DNA of 63,596 nt, filler included, from Octopus bimaculoides (taxonomy: Eukaryota): NCBI RefSeq assembly GCF_001194135.2. It is 7 parts of 6 records of this genome, joined end to end, with 100 filler letters (N's around TTAATTAATTAA, not from the genome) between each part and the next. Parts side by side here need not be neighbours in the genome. Positions count along the whole stretch, not along the records: positions 34,149 to 43,472 come from NC_068984.1; positions 43,573 to 55,507 come from NC_068985.1; 5 more parts are not named here. One strand, written 5' to 3'. The notes beneath the pieces were generated by a model, which worked only from the letters and a program-made list of their open reading frames with translations, ran no database searches and was not told where the DNA came from. Numbering within the stretch: position 1 is the stretch's first letter; every line of letters starts with the position of its first letter. Below are positions 39,861-52,600 of the stretch, in pieces. Made by a program: the position numbers and the translations under genes.

Positions 39861-39919
39861 CATGTGTGTATACACATGCATATATACATACACATATGTA
39901 TGTATTATGTATGTATGTA

Positions 39920-40240
39920 TGAGTGATTGAGAGAGCAGTGCATACCATCAAATTGACAGTGGGGTAAAATATACGAAACCCAGTATACCCATCATGACTA
40001 CCCGTCTGATAAGGGTACACTAGGCATGTGCATTACAACCATGTGTGCGCGACACGGTGATCTCATATCAAGATAAACAGCACATGACCTTGCAGGTGGG
40101 GCCCCAGTTAGAATTTTCTTCAGATTGAGTAGCCCATCCCACTCAAAAGGTCCCTGAAAAAAGTTTGTTTAAGGATGTTGAATGAAACACACATGTTTCC
40201 AAAGGTGAATTATCCAAACCCCAAATAATTCCTCTCGACA
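39920..40240. mobile_element. Unclassified interspersed repeat fragment
   Basis: Non-coding, higher-complexity block between microsatellite and the RLE copy. It looks familiar as an octopus repeat, but the family is not assignable. Confidence 0.35.
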
Positions 40241-41161
40241 ATGAAAGGACGAGCCTATATGAACAGAAGACTATGCATGGATACGTTTGTAGAAAGCTCT
40301 AAGATGACAGTAACATTGATCATCAAAGCAGTCTGTCATGGACCAATAGCCGAATTACTAACTCCCACTTTGAAGGCTATGCATTTGCAATCCAGGAACA
40401 AGAAATATCAACCAAATACATGACGCACAAAAGAGATGGAGATGCAGGAAAAGCAGTAAAATGTGACACCCGATGCAACTTTGTAGAGTTAGCACCGAAG
40501 ATATCACCCACATCATAAGCAGTTGTCCGAAAATGATGTTGTAGCTAGGTCACTCTATAATGAAATCCGTCGGAAGGATAACCCTGAGGACAAAGAAATA
40601 AGAACCCACAATATGGTAGAAGCCATAGTCACTTATGATAAAAAGGAGTACTGGTGGAATGTCCCAGTGAAGACCTCAATAAAATATAAGCACAACAGAC
40701 TTGATATAATGATTTGGGATAGAGAAGAGAAAACTGTGTACAGTTGTGGAAATTAGCTGCTCAGCGGATGTTAGCATAAAGCTGAAGATCAGTGAAAAAG
40801 AGAACACCTATGATGAACTATTGAGAAATCTGCTGTTACTCTATCCAGATTACAAGTTCAGGTTTATACCTGTAATTGTTGGAGCCCTGGGATATTTAAC
40901 CAATCTAAATACCAGTCTAAATACCAATCTTGAGAAATTAGGCTTCTCAAAACAAAAAAGAAGAAAGCTGATTCGAAGACTACAGATCCAATCCATCACT
41001 GGAACCGTAAAAATCTGTAAAACTTTCCAGTTTATCATTTAAATATATATATATATGTCTATATATGCAACTATATGTATGAGAATACAGAGATAAAACA
41101 AAACATACAAATCTGCACATATACATACATACATGCATACATACATACATACATACATACA

Positions 41162-41190
<29 letters not shown>
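40241..41190 (+). mobile_element. R4/Dong-type RLE retrotransposon, 5'-truncated copy 1 (Zn knuckle and restriction-like endonuclease) with (CATA)n tail
   Basis: KHNRLDIMIWDREEK / EISCSADVSIKLKISEKENTY...FIPVIVGALG (PD-x-D/E-x-K REL motif). Stop at 41042, short 3'UTR, then (CATA)n to 41190. Confidence 0.9.
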
Positions 41191-41193
<3 letters not shown>

Positions 41194-42800
41194 GGACATG
41201 CAGTTGGAGTTTGGTCAGGAGAAATGTTACAATATGGCTGTGAAAGGAGGAAAAACTGTAACTCAGACTAGCAACATGAAGAACGTTACAGGTATCTAGA
41301 GGTGGATGAAAACATATCTTACAATGGCACCTGTAACAAAACATGTGTCACTAAAGAATATTACAGCTGAATAAAGAAAATTTGGACCTCGAAATTCTCT
41401 GCATTCGATAAAACAGTGACCCACAATGTGTTTGCAGTGCCAGTACTCATACCAACATTTGGGCTGCTTGATTGGACGCTTTATGAGATCCGAGCCATTG
41501 ATGTGAAAACCCGGAAGATACTAACAAGCACACATAATTTCTACATCAACAGTGACGCAGACCGCCTCTACCTAAAGTGAAAACAAGGCGGCAGAGGCTT
41601 AACATCGATCCTAAATGCCTTTGAATATCGTATCATATCCCTTCGACAACATCTTTTAACCATCAAGTTTCGAACTGCATCCCTTCACCAAATTTGCATA
41701 TATGGGGTTGATAACATCATAAGTAGCACCTTGGACAACATTCCTTCTCTGATAACCTTAAATAAATGCCCAAAAAAGTCGCATGACTCTACTGCAGCAT
41801 ATCATCAGATGAAAGGATGAGCGTATATGAGCACAAGATTATGCATGGATATGTTAGTAGAAAGCTCGAAAATGGTAGTAACATTGATCATCAAAGCAAT
41901 CTATCATAGACCAACAGCCGGATTACTAACTCCCACTTTGAAGGGTATGTGTTTGCAATCTAGGAATAGGAAATATCAATCAAATATTACTTGATACACA
42001 AAAAGGACAGGGATGCAGGAAAAGCAGTAAAATGTAACATCCGATGCAGACTTTGTGGAGTTTACACTGAAGATATCACTCACATCATAAGCAGTTGTCC
42101 GAAAATGTCATCACGGTATTATTTACCGAGGAAACATGATGTTGTAGCTAAGACACTGTATTACGAGATCTGTCGGAAGGATAACCCCAGGGACAAAGAA
42201 ATGAGAACCCACAGTATAGCCACTCATACTGTGGGCCACACATACAGTATGGCCACACACAGCCACTCATAATAAAAAGGAGTATTTGTGGAATTTCCCA
42301 GCGAAAACCTCAATAAAATGTAAACACAATAGACCTGACATAGTAATTTGGGATAGAGAAGAGAAATCAGCTGTCCAGCGGATATTAACATAAAGCTGAA
42401 GATCAACGAAAGAGAAAATGTTTACACTGAACTATTGAGGAATCTACAGCTACTCTATCCAAATTACAAGTTCAGGTTTATACCTATAATTATTAGGGCA
42501 CTAGGATATGTAACATACTGCCTAAATACTAATCTTGAGAAATTAGGCTTCTCAAAACCAGAAAGGAGAAAGCTGATTCGAAGACTACAGATCTAATCCA
42601 TCACTGGAACTGTAAAAATCTGTAAAACTTTCCAGAAGTTTATCATTTAAGTGTTAAAAGTTTATCATTATATATGGGCATGTCTACATATGCAACTATA
42701 AGCATGAGAATACATACATAAAACAAAACATACAAATCTGCACATACACATACATACATATACATATACATACATACATACATACATACATACATAGTCA
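41191..42800 (+). mobile_element. R4/Dong-type RLE retrotransposon, 5'-truncated copy 2 (RT C-terminus, CCHC, REL endonuclease) with (CATA)n tail
   Basis: YLEVDENISYNG..., AIDVKTRKILT...DRLYLK..QGGRGL, CRLCGVYTEDITHIISSCPK...KHD and RPDIVIWDRE. Stop at 42650, same 3'UTR as copy 1, and a (CATA)n-like tail. Confidence 0.9.
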
Positions 42801-43007
42801 CATGCATACATCTTTTATTCGCAATGTTTGTGATTTCCAAGTTAATCTGGAACAATACAGTTCCAACACCATCGAATGTTTCTCATTCTGCTCATTCTTA
42901 CCTTCTTCATGAGACTGTGGCTGGTGATTGTTATTTTTCTTGTTAACTAGTTAGTGAAAATTATGCCTTCTCTTATTCGTTAGCTCATGAATTGATTTCT
43001 TGTAAAC

Positions 43008-43043
<36 letters not shown>

Positions 43044-43080
43044 GAGAGAGAGAGCAAAGTGTACGTACGCCGCTATATTT

Positions 43081-43472
43081 TATATATATCAAAATACAAA
43101 AATGAAACAAGAACGCAAAACATCCAGACAGTTAGGTGAAACAAAAAGGGACAACAAAATATCCAGACAGACGATACAGACAGATCATTCGGAGTTTTCT
43201 ATCCTCAGTCGAGTTCCAGTTTATCTTTGCAATTTCGGTTGGTTATACTCGAGATTGCTCCAATCTGGCCAGCCCCAAGGAAAAAATAAGCTAAGAGCAT
43301 TGTATTCCTTGGAAGAAGGCAGCGAATGTATACGATAGAAAACTCCGAATGATCCGTCCTTGTTTTCTTTGTATCGTCTGTCTGGATATTTTTTGTTCCT
43401 TTTTTGTTTCACCTAACTGTCTGGATGTTTTGCCTTCTTGTCCCATTTTTGTATTTCATATATATATATATA
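43081..43472. mobile_element. Fold-back/MITE-like element with ~125-bp terminal inverted repeats
   Basis: 43081-43203 (aaaatacaaaaatg...catccagacagttaggtgaaacaaaaa...gatcattcggagttttctatc) is the near reverse complement of 43334-43472. It is flanked by (TA)n. Confidence 0.8.
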
Positions 43473-43704
43473 NNNNNNNNNNNNNNNNNNNNNNNNNNNN
43501 NNNNNNNNNNNNNNNNTTAATTAATTAANNNNNNNNNNNNNNNNNNNNNNNNNNNNNNNNNNNNNNNNNNNNTCAATACAGTAAACATAAGAGCATCACA
43601 GCAAACCACAGCACATACCCAAGGCACACAGAGCTGCGCTCGGTAGTGAAGTGAAAGCACGTTATAAAAATAAAACTACTGAATAATAATAATAATAATA
43701 ATAA

Positions 43705-44072
43705 TACGACGACGACGAAGGTTCCAGTTGATCCGATCCACGGAACAGCCTGCTCATGAAATTAACGTGCGAGTGGCTGTGCACTCTACAGACATGTGTA
43801 TCTTTAACGTAGTTCTCGAGGGAGATTCAGCGTGACACAGAGTGTTACAAGGCAAGCCCTTTGAAATACAGGTACAACAGAAACAGGAAGAAAGAGTGAG
43901 AGAAAGTTGTGGTGAAAGAGTACAGCAGGGTTCGCCACCACCCAGTGACAGTACCTCATGGAGCTTTAGGTGCTTTCGCTCAATAAACACTCACAGCACC
44001 CTGTCTAGGAATCGAAATCACGATCCTAAGACTGCGAGTCCGCTGCTCTAACCACTGGTCCATTGCACCTTC
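43705..44072 (-). mobile_element. SINE family C (variant head)
   Basis: Shares the Ceph-like body with 1916-2230 and the head with 63420-63567. Confidence 0.85.
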
Positions 44073-45549
44073 ACTCATCCTCGCATACACTCTTGCAATC
44101 TCTACCCCTTGCCCTGTCTTACTGTCTTCTCTCACATCTACTTCCGCTCAGATCAATGGGATCTTACGCTTGCGAGGAGTATTGTGTCCTCGCTAGAGCT
44201 GATGCTGCAAAAGAAAACCATCCGCTAGTCACTGTAAAATGGTTGTCATTCGGAAGGAAATCTAACCATACAAACCATACCAATCCTTGGATCCATCAGA
44301 GCCTGTTGGACTAACAGGCCAGGCCGTAGTTCGAATCTCTTGTTTATAAAGTTCAAGCCAAGAACCCGAATACAGCCTTATGGATAACTGTAAGTAAATG
44401 ATATCAGTTATATTTGATAACAAAGTTGTTTAGTTTACCGAAAGCCAAACGCGTAAAGACAAGGGTAAGCAAACACATTCACACACACGGAAGCACACAT
44501 TTTAGATTTTAGAGTAAGCTGGATGCATTTTAGGGTGATATTTACGCTGGAGAGGTGATCAAGTGCACGATAAAACCAAAACGAAAGGGACCTTTCGATT
44601 CTGAGCTTTTTTATATTTCCTCACGAATTATACACGACAACGAGCAAGGATTTGTTCTTCGTGGCATCAGTAAGATATGTACACGAGGTAAAAACAACGT
44701 GACAAAGGAGGGGAATAAATAGGAGAATGATGACCAAAGGCTTCAAATGCTTGGATGAAGGGCACAAAAGTATGATGACAACAACAATGTACTAGAACAG
44801 AAAATCAGAGAGCGTTGGGTGGTTAAAAGAAGTTATCAACAGCAAGTTTGAGTGATAGACGGATATAGATTATAGAAATTATACTTTGCTAATTTTTCTC
44901 CAATTAATCTTCATTAAATCTGCCACCAAGCATAAAACAATATAGGTTATTTGTTTCAATCCCCACCTTTCTGTTATTTTAAATTAGATATTTTCTCTGT
45001 GATCACTAACTATTGATATATAATAAAATCTAATACAAAGATATGCCATAGACCATACAAAACGAAGCATTCAACCTACACCAGACAAACCTACTTTCAT
45101 TAAATGATATTTGATAAATGTGATTGCTCACTGTGAGTCATTTATTCTTAAATTGATGCCCTTGAGCTTTGCATGACAACTTTTCAATGCGGCGTGGCAT
45201 TTCCCCATTGTTTGCCAGTTTCTGGAAAATCATAACACACTTCCTTTTGATATTTCCTCAAAGATCACTGTTCCAGATTTCAGTTCCATACACAAACACT
45301 GATTACAAAAGAAATCATCATGATCATCATCATGATCATCATCATCATCATCATCATCACCACCACTGCCGCCGTCATCGCCGTCATCATCATCATCATG
45401 GTAATAGAGACGATTAAGAGCAACGAAGAAGAAATAGCAAGGAGAGAGGAGGAGGAGGAAGAGATATTTTAATGATGATACAAGTGAAGATGTCGATGAA
45501 GATCAAAGAAAAATAGAACGAATAACTATAAAATAACAAGTGAAGATTG

Positions 45550-45580
<31 letters not shown>

Positions 45581-45751
45581 GATGTGGAGGAGGATGCTGA
45601 GGGTGCTGATGATGGTGATGATGATTTAAAATAGTGAAGTTAGAAATATAGTAATTAAACAAGATTGTTTCCTAATCTCTTCCTTTCTTTCTTTCTCTTC
45701 CTTTCGCTGTGCCTCAATTGTTCTCCCTACCTTTCTCCCCCCCACGCTCTC

Positions 45752-45792
<41 letters not shown>

Positions 45793-46429
45793 ATCTACCA
45801 ATCATGACCTTTTTTATTCCCCCCTCCAATTGTTGTTGATCCTCCATCCTGCATTCTCCGATCTTTCTCACATGCGCGCAAGACATTACAAATTTCCCCC
45901 CGCACCCCGTGCTTCCTCACAATCTGCACTGTTACCACTACTATTACTGCTATTACTGCCTGTGGTAGTAGCAGTATAAAATATTAAAGATCATCATCGC
46001 CATCATCATCATCATCATCGTCATCATCATCATCATCATCATCATCAAAATCGTCATCATCGTCATCGACATCATCATCGTAATCATCATTATCATCATC
46101 ATCATCGTCATCATCACAAACACTATTGTTGGGAAAACTTAAAATGCCAGCGACGCGGCCCTTCCTTCACAGACGAAATAAGCGCACGTGCAATAGACAC
46201 ACATTCACGCACGCGTAACGAAACGCATGCGCACTTACAGACTCACACACATACCCAGGCGCACATTTATAACGACACGCACGTAGAGATGCTCACAAGT
46301 ATACATCCATCTATACACACATAGCCAAACTTTAAACCATCCATGGCAACCACACCGAGACGTATACGCAAACACATAAGCACGCACTCACATACTGTGA
46401 CAAAACTGAACACATCGATGCAAACAAAC

Positions 46430-46558
46430 ATGCACACCGCATGGTCCCGGGTTCAGTCCCACTGCGTGGAAGCTTTGGCAGCTGCCTTCTATTATGGCCT
46501 CGGGCCAACCAAAGCCTTGCGAGTGGATTTGTGAGACGGAAACTGAAAGAAGCCCGTC

Positions 46559-46592
<34 letters not shown>

Positions 46593-46790
46593 TTCTTTGA
46601 GGTTCTTCCTCACCATTGATTGACAACGGGTGCCGATGTATTTACGTCCCTGTAACTGAACAGTTCGGCAAAAACCAATAGAATAAGCACATGGCTTAAA
46701 ATATAAATTATGGTGTAGATTCATTAAAAGTGGTGCCTCAGCATGGCCGAAGCCTAACCACTGAAATGAATAAGAGATTAAAATATAAGA
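46430..46790 (+). mobile_element. SINE family A
   Basis: B box, core and tail are recognisable. Confidence 0.8.
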
Positions 46791-47204
46791 CGGAAAAGAT
46801 CTGGTATCAGCGTGGGATCCAAGAACTGGCAGAAAACAGCTTCTGAAGGTGCAATACGGTCACCTCTACGTTGAATGATAAGCTGGTTTTGTTGTAACTT
46901 GAATAGAACAAATTGGTATCGAACCTATTGCAAAATGTTTGACTCATCCCAAGAGAAACAACAACTGACTCTCAGCCAAAATAAAAAAAAGAACACATAT
47001 CATTCACATAACTTGCAAAGCTAATGGCCTGACGGACCTGGAACACATTTGGGATGGGTACTACAAGCATTTACTGTCGAAGAATAACGACTGTGAAACC
47101 TTGGCTAAGTCCACCTTGTTTGGCCCTGTTGTGATCATAAATTATATTATGAAGAAGAGGAATAGCACAATGGAGAGGGTGATGCACATCCAGACAGCCA
47201 TAGT

Positions 47205-47226
47205 ATCATCATCCTCATCATCATCA

Positions 47227-47315
<89 letters not shown>
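47205..47315. repeat. Compound (TCA)n-(TCG)n-(TCA)n trinucleotide tract
   Basis: Read directly. Similar compound tracts lie at 45310-45640, 45990-46120, 49010-49125 and 54860-55090. Confidence 0.95.
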
Positions 47316-47318
<3 letters not shown>

Positions 47319-47954
47319 TAAACAAAATTTAGGGGTTTTTATATAATCTTGCAGCATGATTCTTTCCATGTGAGACCCCGTTGCATATGTCATTTGATTC
47401 TAGGTAAACCCTGACTGAGCGTCCTTGTCGACAAAGGCATTCCTCGTGTGACAAACTTGTCATTTTGTATATTAAAAAGTTATATTTTGTAAAGAATCTT
47501 TCACTTTCCGTTTGTAAGGTGTGTTTTGCGAGACATTCGTTTGCTTTTTCAAGCAGATCGAGTGATTATATCTGTGGCTGTTTTCTTTGGCTATTAGAAC
47601 GAAGAAGTAGAACTTTTCGCTTTCATTGCAGTTTGCTAGTCACTTATCATGTTATTTTATGTGCGTCGCTTCCAGTTTTCGAAAGTAATATCTCTACTGA
47701 AATATTTATGTTTAAACAGAGAAAAGTGAAGCAGACGGCACCAATAACGCAGCTATTGATAATTTTTCCATTATTGAGACTTTGGTCTTAGGAATCATTT
47801 TCGAGACTCATCACCGTCAAACTACCATTGTAAGTACTTTTCTTTTGCCATAAAAGATTCACCTTTTATATCAGGTCGAAATGCAACGAAAGGATCGTTT
47901 CTGTTGCACAAATGTTGCAGAAAGTGCAGATTAAGTTTTCTTTTTAAATCTTTT

Positions 47955-48270
47955 TTATCTGTTTGTTCTTTCAGTCATTAGACTACACCCATGCTGGGGG
48001 TGTGGGGTGGCATCGCCTCCAAATGTTCTTACATTTTCAGCCTGGTAAGTATACTTCTACCGAACCGCTAAGTTACAGGGCGTAAACACACCAAGTCCAG
48101 TCGTCAAGCGGTGGCGGGGAAGAAATACACGCGCAAGTGCACATACAATGCTTTCTTTCAGTTTCCGTCTACCAAATACACTCACAAAGCTTTGGTCACC
48201 CCGTGGCCAGAGAAGAAGTCACATACCCAAGGTGCCACGCAGTGGGACAGAATCCACAACCATGTGGTTG
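47955..48270 (-). mobile_element. SINE family A
   Basis: Reverse complement of head, core and tail. Confidence 0.8.
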
Positions 48271-49016
48271 GTCTATTTCAGTTCATTTAGAAACCACTAG
48301 TTAAACTTCGTAAATTTACTTAGCTGTCTTATAAAGTTTATATTACTAAAATATTAATTAATAATAGGTGAAAACATTTCTGAGAAAGCATGACAGTATA
48401 TTACAGTACTGGTTTCCTTCTAGTAATAAATTGATAATTAATTCCAACCACAGAATTACATGTACGGGTTTTCGAAATTCTTTCTTAACTACGAAACCTT
48501 TCGCATCAGTTTGACATAGTGTATTCAGAAATAGTTACTTTAGTTTGAAGTCTGAGTTTAGTCAAAAATTGTTCAAAGAAGTTGTTTTAGTTTTTGTTTG
48601 TTTCTGTGTTGTCTTTGGCGGGGGAGGTGAGTTCAAACTAATGTGAGAAAGTGATATGTAAGTCTTCGTGATTTATCTTTAAATTTAAGTGTTTTTAACA
48701 GCAACGAAAATGGTTGCCATTATCAATACAAGAAGAATAATAATTAACAGAGCAATGTTTAATCTTTCCAACAAGATATTCAGTATAAGACGTTAATAAC
48801 AATTGTTTTTATCTTGTGAAATACAACTAAAACATTGACATTATAAGAGCAGCTGGTATTTTCTTAACAAGATGATGCATTACGTTAGCTGGGTGAAGAT
48901 AACAAAAGACACGTCAGTGCAGCCAACAAATGTTTCTGAGATATAATTAAGCATTTTCTAAGAAAGTAATGTTGAATGAAATTAGTATTATATTTATGGT
49001 GAATGGATAAATAATG

Positions 49017-49070
<54 letters not shown>

Positions 49071-49614
49071 TTAAGAAGAAGAAGAATAAGAAGAAGAACA
49101 GTAACAACAACAACAACAACAACGGAAGGAACCAAATATGTTCCAAGATACAATTAAATATTTCTATGAAGAATTGCTGCAATATGTTCAGTAAAAATAC
49201 CTTGAACTGAAAAATTTTGTTGAGATTGCATCTTTGTGATCTTTAACTCATTCGTGATCATATTTTTAATGAAATGCACTGTTCATACGCAGCAATTTAT
49301 TTTTAAAATAATCAAGTTTTCTGAAATATTCTCTAAAACAAATAATATTATCATTATTAAGAATGCGGTGTTTAGAACAAAACGTAGCAAAATTTCTTAC
49401 GTGAAACTAAGATAGAAATTTTTAATTTTGATATAAATATTTCCAAATAAGAGGCCTTTGGCAAGTTGGTGTTGGAAGAGTTAAAGGAATTCATAATAAT
49501 AATTAATTACTTGGCAATAAATTCCAGATTAATGTTTCATATTTTCACAGAATAGTTCTAATAATTCTTTCTGAATAAGGTACGAGGCCACAAACTTAGA
49601 AGAGGGTGAGAAAA

Positions 49615-49700
49615 ATATACCAGGTCTTTTCCTTCGAGGTGAAGAAATCCTTCACTGAAGCTTCTAACTCCTCTTGGTTTATGTAGCGTCGTGAGTGCGG
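49615..49700 (-). mobile_element. Short mariner transposase fragment
   Basis: Minus-strand frame RRYINQEELEASVKDFFTSKEKTWY resembles the mariner C-terminus (F.N.EEVE...EFFASK...Y). Confidence 0.6.
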
Positions 49701-49890
49701 AAAGGTAGTTTATTTTGACAATCTCAATAGGATTAAAGCGAGAATCTCGTTAGGTAGGATTTGATCTCAGAACATAAAGTGTCAGAAAAAAAAAATGCCA
49801 TTCTTCTCTCCGCCACATTTACAATGTTTCTGATCATAAAAATAAGGTTAGTAAAATTTGTTCGAGGTCTTATTATTAGTAACATTATTT

Positions 49891-50115
49891 AAGGCGGTAA
49901 GTTAGTAGAATCTGTAGCACACCGGGGGGGGGGGGATTCTTAGCGGCAGTTCGTCCGTCTTCACGTTCTAAGTTCAAATTCCACCGAGGTCGGCTTTGCC
50001 TTTCATCCTTTCGGAGGTCAATAAATTAAGTACCAGTTGAGTGCTGAGGTCAATGTAATTGACTGTCCCCCTCCCCTGAATTTCAGGCGTTGTGCCTATC
50101 GTAGAAAGGATTATT
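49891..50115 (+). mobile_element. SINE family B
   Basis: Head, core and tail are present. Confidence 0.85.
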
Positions 50116-52404
50116 AGTTATGTTATATGACGTTGTAAGTAGAGCTTCACAAAGTTCCGTTGCAAAATTGGGGTTCTGGCCTCATTTGATTTCTTTGCAC
50201 GGCACCTTTGGTAAGTTTTTCCTACCATACGCTCAAGTTGGAAATATTCTGATAAGAAAACCAATCAACTTGATAATTGAGCATTATCAACTACATTTAC
50301 ATATGTGTGGATATATACATGCATCTGTATATATATTCATATAGTGATATGTTAAAGTATTTCCAAGATAAACAGTTGTGTTTCGTCATTCAAATGCAAT
50401 TAGAACAGAGGATTCAAAATAATCATAATGGTGAAACATACCAAAGGAGCAAATGATATAAATGTGTGCTTACTATATCTTCCACACATTTATCAAGTTA
50501 AGGTGCACTAAACAGCGTTGACTGAAAAATAAATGTATACAATTATATTCAACATGCTGGTGTAACTCAAACCTAAAGAGGCTCTCACTGCGACTCTCGT
50601 CCCAGGGGAGACATTCTCGTTATAGACAATGTGTGTGGCAAACACACCACTGCACTATGAATGACATTATTGGATTGTAGCTCATTCATTTCTGCATCTA
50701 CAGACAACAAATCCGTCTTTGATGGCTCACCGAGAAATGCCGTTCTTACACAGCAAAATAATGAATTTGTTGATAAGCAGAAAGGTTGGAATTAAGTAAC
50801 CGAAGATGCAAAGTAGGGTTGATTGAGATATGGTTGAGTATGGAATATCCCTCGCCGTGGAAATTATCATGGAGTCTAATTCTCCTTACAAAGAATGTGC
50901 TTGAATGGATACGATCAAGGACATACTAGCCTTGGATATATTGTCTGATTCAGATATAGCATGAATAGATTATCTATCGAACGTATTGTTCCTGTAGTAA
51001 GACATCAGGGTGATATCTGAGGGACATTTAAATAATATTTCTGTCAGTTTGATCCACTCCACAGAGAACGCTCTAGTCCGTTCTTCTACACCATGGTTTT
51101 ACATTGTTTAAATGTGTCTCAATACAAACATGACAAGATATTCCTTACCATACGTATGAATATGAAACGCAACCAACTTCACCTTCCTATAATGCTTTTG
51201 TACTTTTTCAGAAATAAATTTTGTCCTTACGTGAAAATGTAAAAGAAATACCTACTCAAGTACTTCAGATTAGTTTTTTATTGAACCATTTTTGTACGAA
51301 AAAGTAGATTATGCGCTGTATCAAACGAAGCACTTAGGAAGCCTTCAAAAAGTGGGTAGCATTTTTTGAGATCCTCATGAGTGATTAGCACCCCATGGGG
51401 AGAAACTGATGCAAAGATTTATATAGGTACTGTAGTGAATGGGGACTGTGATGTGGGGTGGGTACATACAGCTCATATTTGCCCTAATTTCAAAACTATT
51501 TCCAGTTCTTGTTCTGTGTGAATATTTTAGTAAATCTAATGATTGAAATAAGGTGGCTAATTAACAAAATCGCTAGGGCGTCGGACAAAATGTATAATGG
51601 CATTTTCTCCAGCATTGTACTTTCTGTGCTTAAGTGTTGTCGAAGCCAACGTTACGTTTCGTCTTTTTTTTTGTCGGTTTAGAGAAAATAAAGTACCAAT
51701 CAGGTATAGTGGTCGATGTAATTGACTTAGCTACTCTCATTGTTGCTTTTCTTACCGAACATTTAAAACAGAATATGGAATGTAGAAATGGACTTTTGAC
51801 GTTTTGTATTTTATTGATGCCATGACATCTATCTATGCAAGTCGTTCTTCAATTGGGATCCGTCTGTCAGCAGCAATATTCGGTCTGGTGTGTTTAATTT
51901 TGTTGGAGCAGTGCTAGGGAGAGCTGGAAAAGAGTTAGTAAATGAAAGGGGGCCATAATAAAATACTGAGAAGCCCTGAAATACGTGGTAAGTTCACTTG
52001 CAAGAAATATCAACCTAATCCAAATCCCACCACAACTAACCACCTCGTGAAAGTACACCGTGGTTAATACCTGGGTTAACTGGACTCTAGAAGAAAATAT
52101 CAACTGGCCATGGCTGCATCAGTGTTTTATCATGAAAATGTCTGCATCTGTCTAAACTCAACTGAGACTAAAGTAAAAAATAGTTTAGAGCTAAAAGACC
52201 CAAACATATTATTTATTGGTTCATAGCGAAGTAAGAGTAAACCTGTAGGATATTATTCTACAGTCAACGTACAATTGGAAAGTGATCGTTAACTCACTAA
52301 ATTCAGTTTAATTATCAAATTGGTTCTTATGATTCTAGGTTTGAATCCTATTTGCATCGAAATAAATAGTTGATCGATGAATGTTCATTTAATAATCCTT
52401 TCCA

Positions 52405-52600
52405 CTCTAGGCACAAGGTTCGAAATTTGACGGCAGGAGACTAGTCGATTTCATCGACCCCAGTTCTAGAATAATACTTATTTTATCGAATCCGAAAGGA
52501 TGGAAAGCAAATCGACCTAGGCAGAAATTGAACTCAGAAAGTAAAAACAGACGAAGCAGCGCTAAGCATTTAGCCTTCTGGGCTAACAATAATACAGCAC
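52405..52600 (-). mobile_element. SINE family B
   Basis: Reverse copy. Confidence 0.8.

Noticed and set aside
39965-40020. Possible hammerhead ribozyme (cgaaac...ctgataag)
   Set aside because: I could not build stems I-III around the core motifs, and CUGAUAA deviates from CUGANGA. An Infernal search would settle it.
50560-50640. LKPKEALTATLVPGETFSL Ig-like snippet
   Set aside because: It is bounded by stops on both sides and has no splice sites. This is a chance resemblance.
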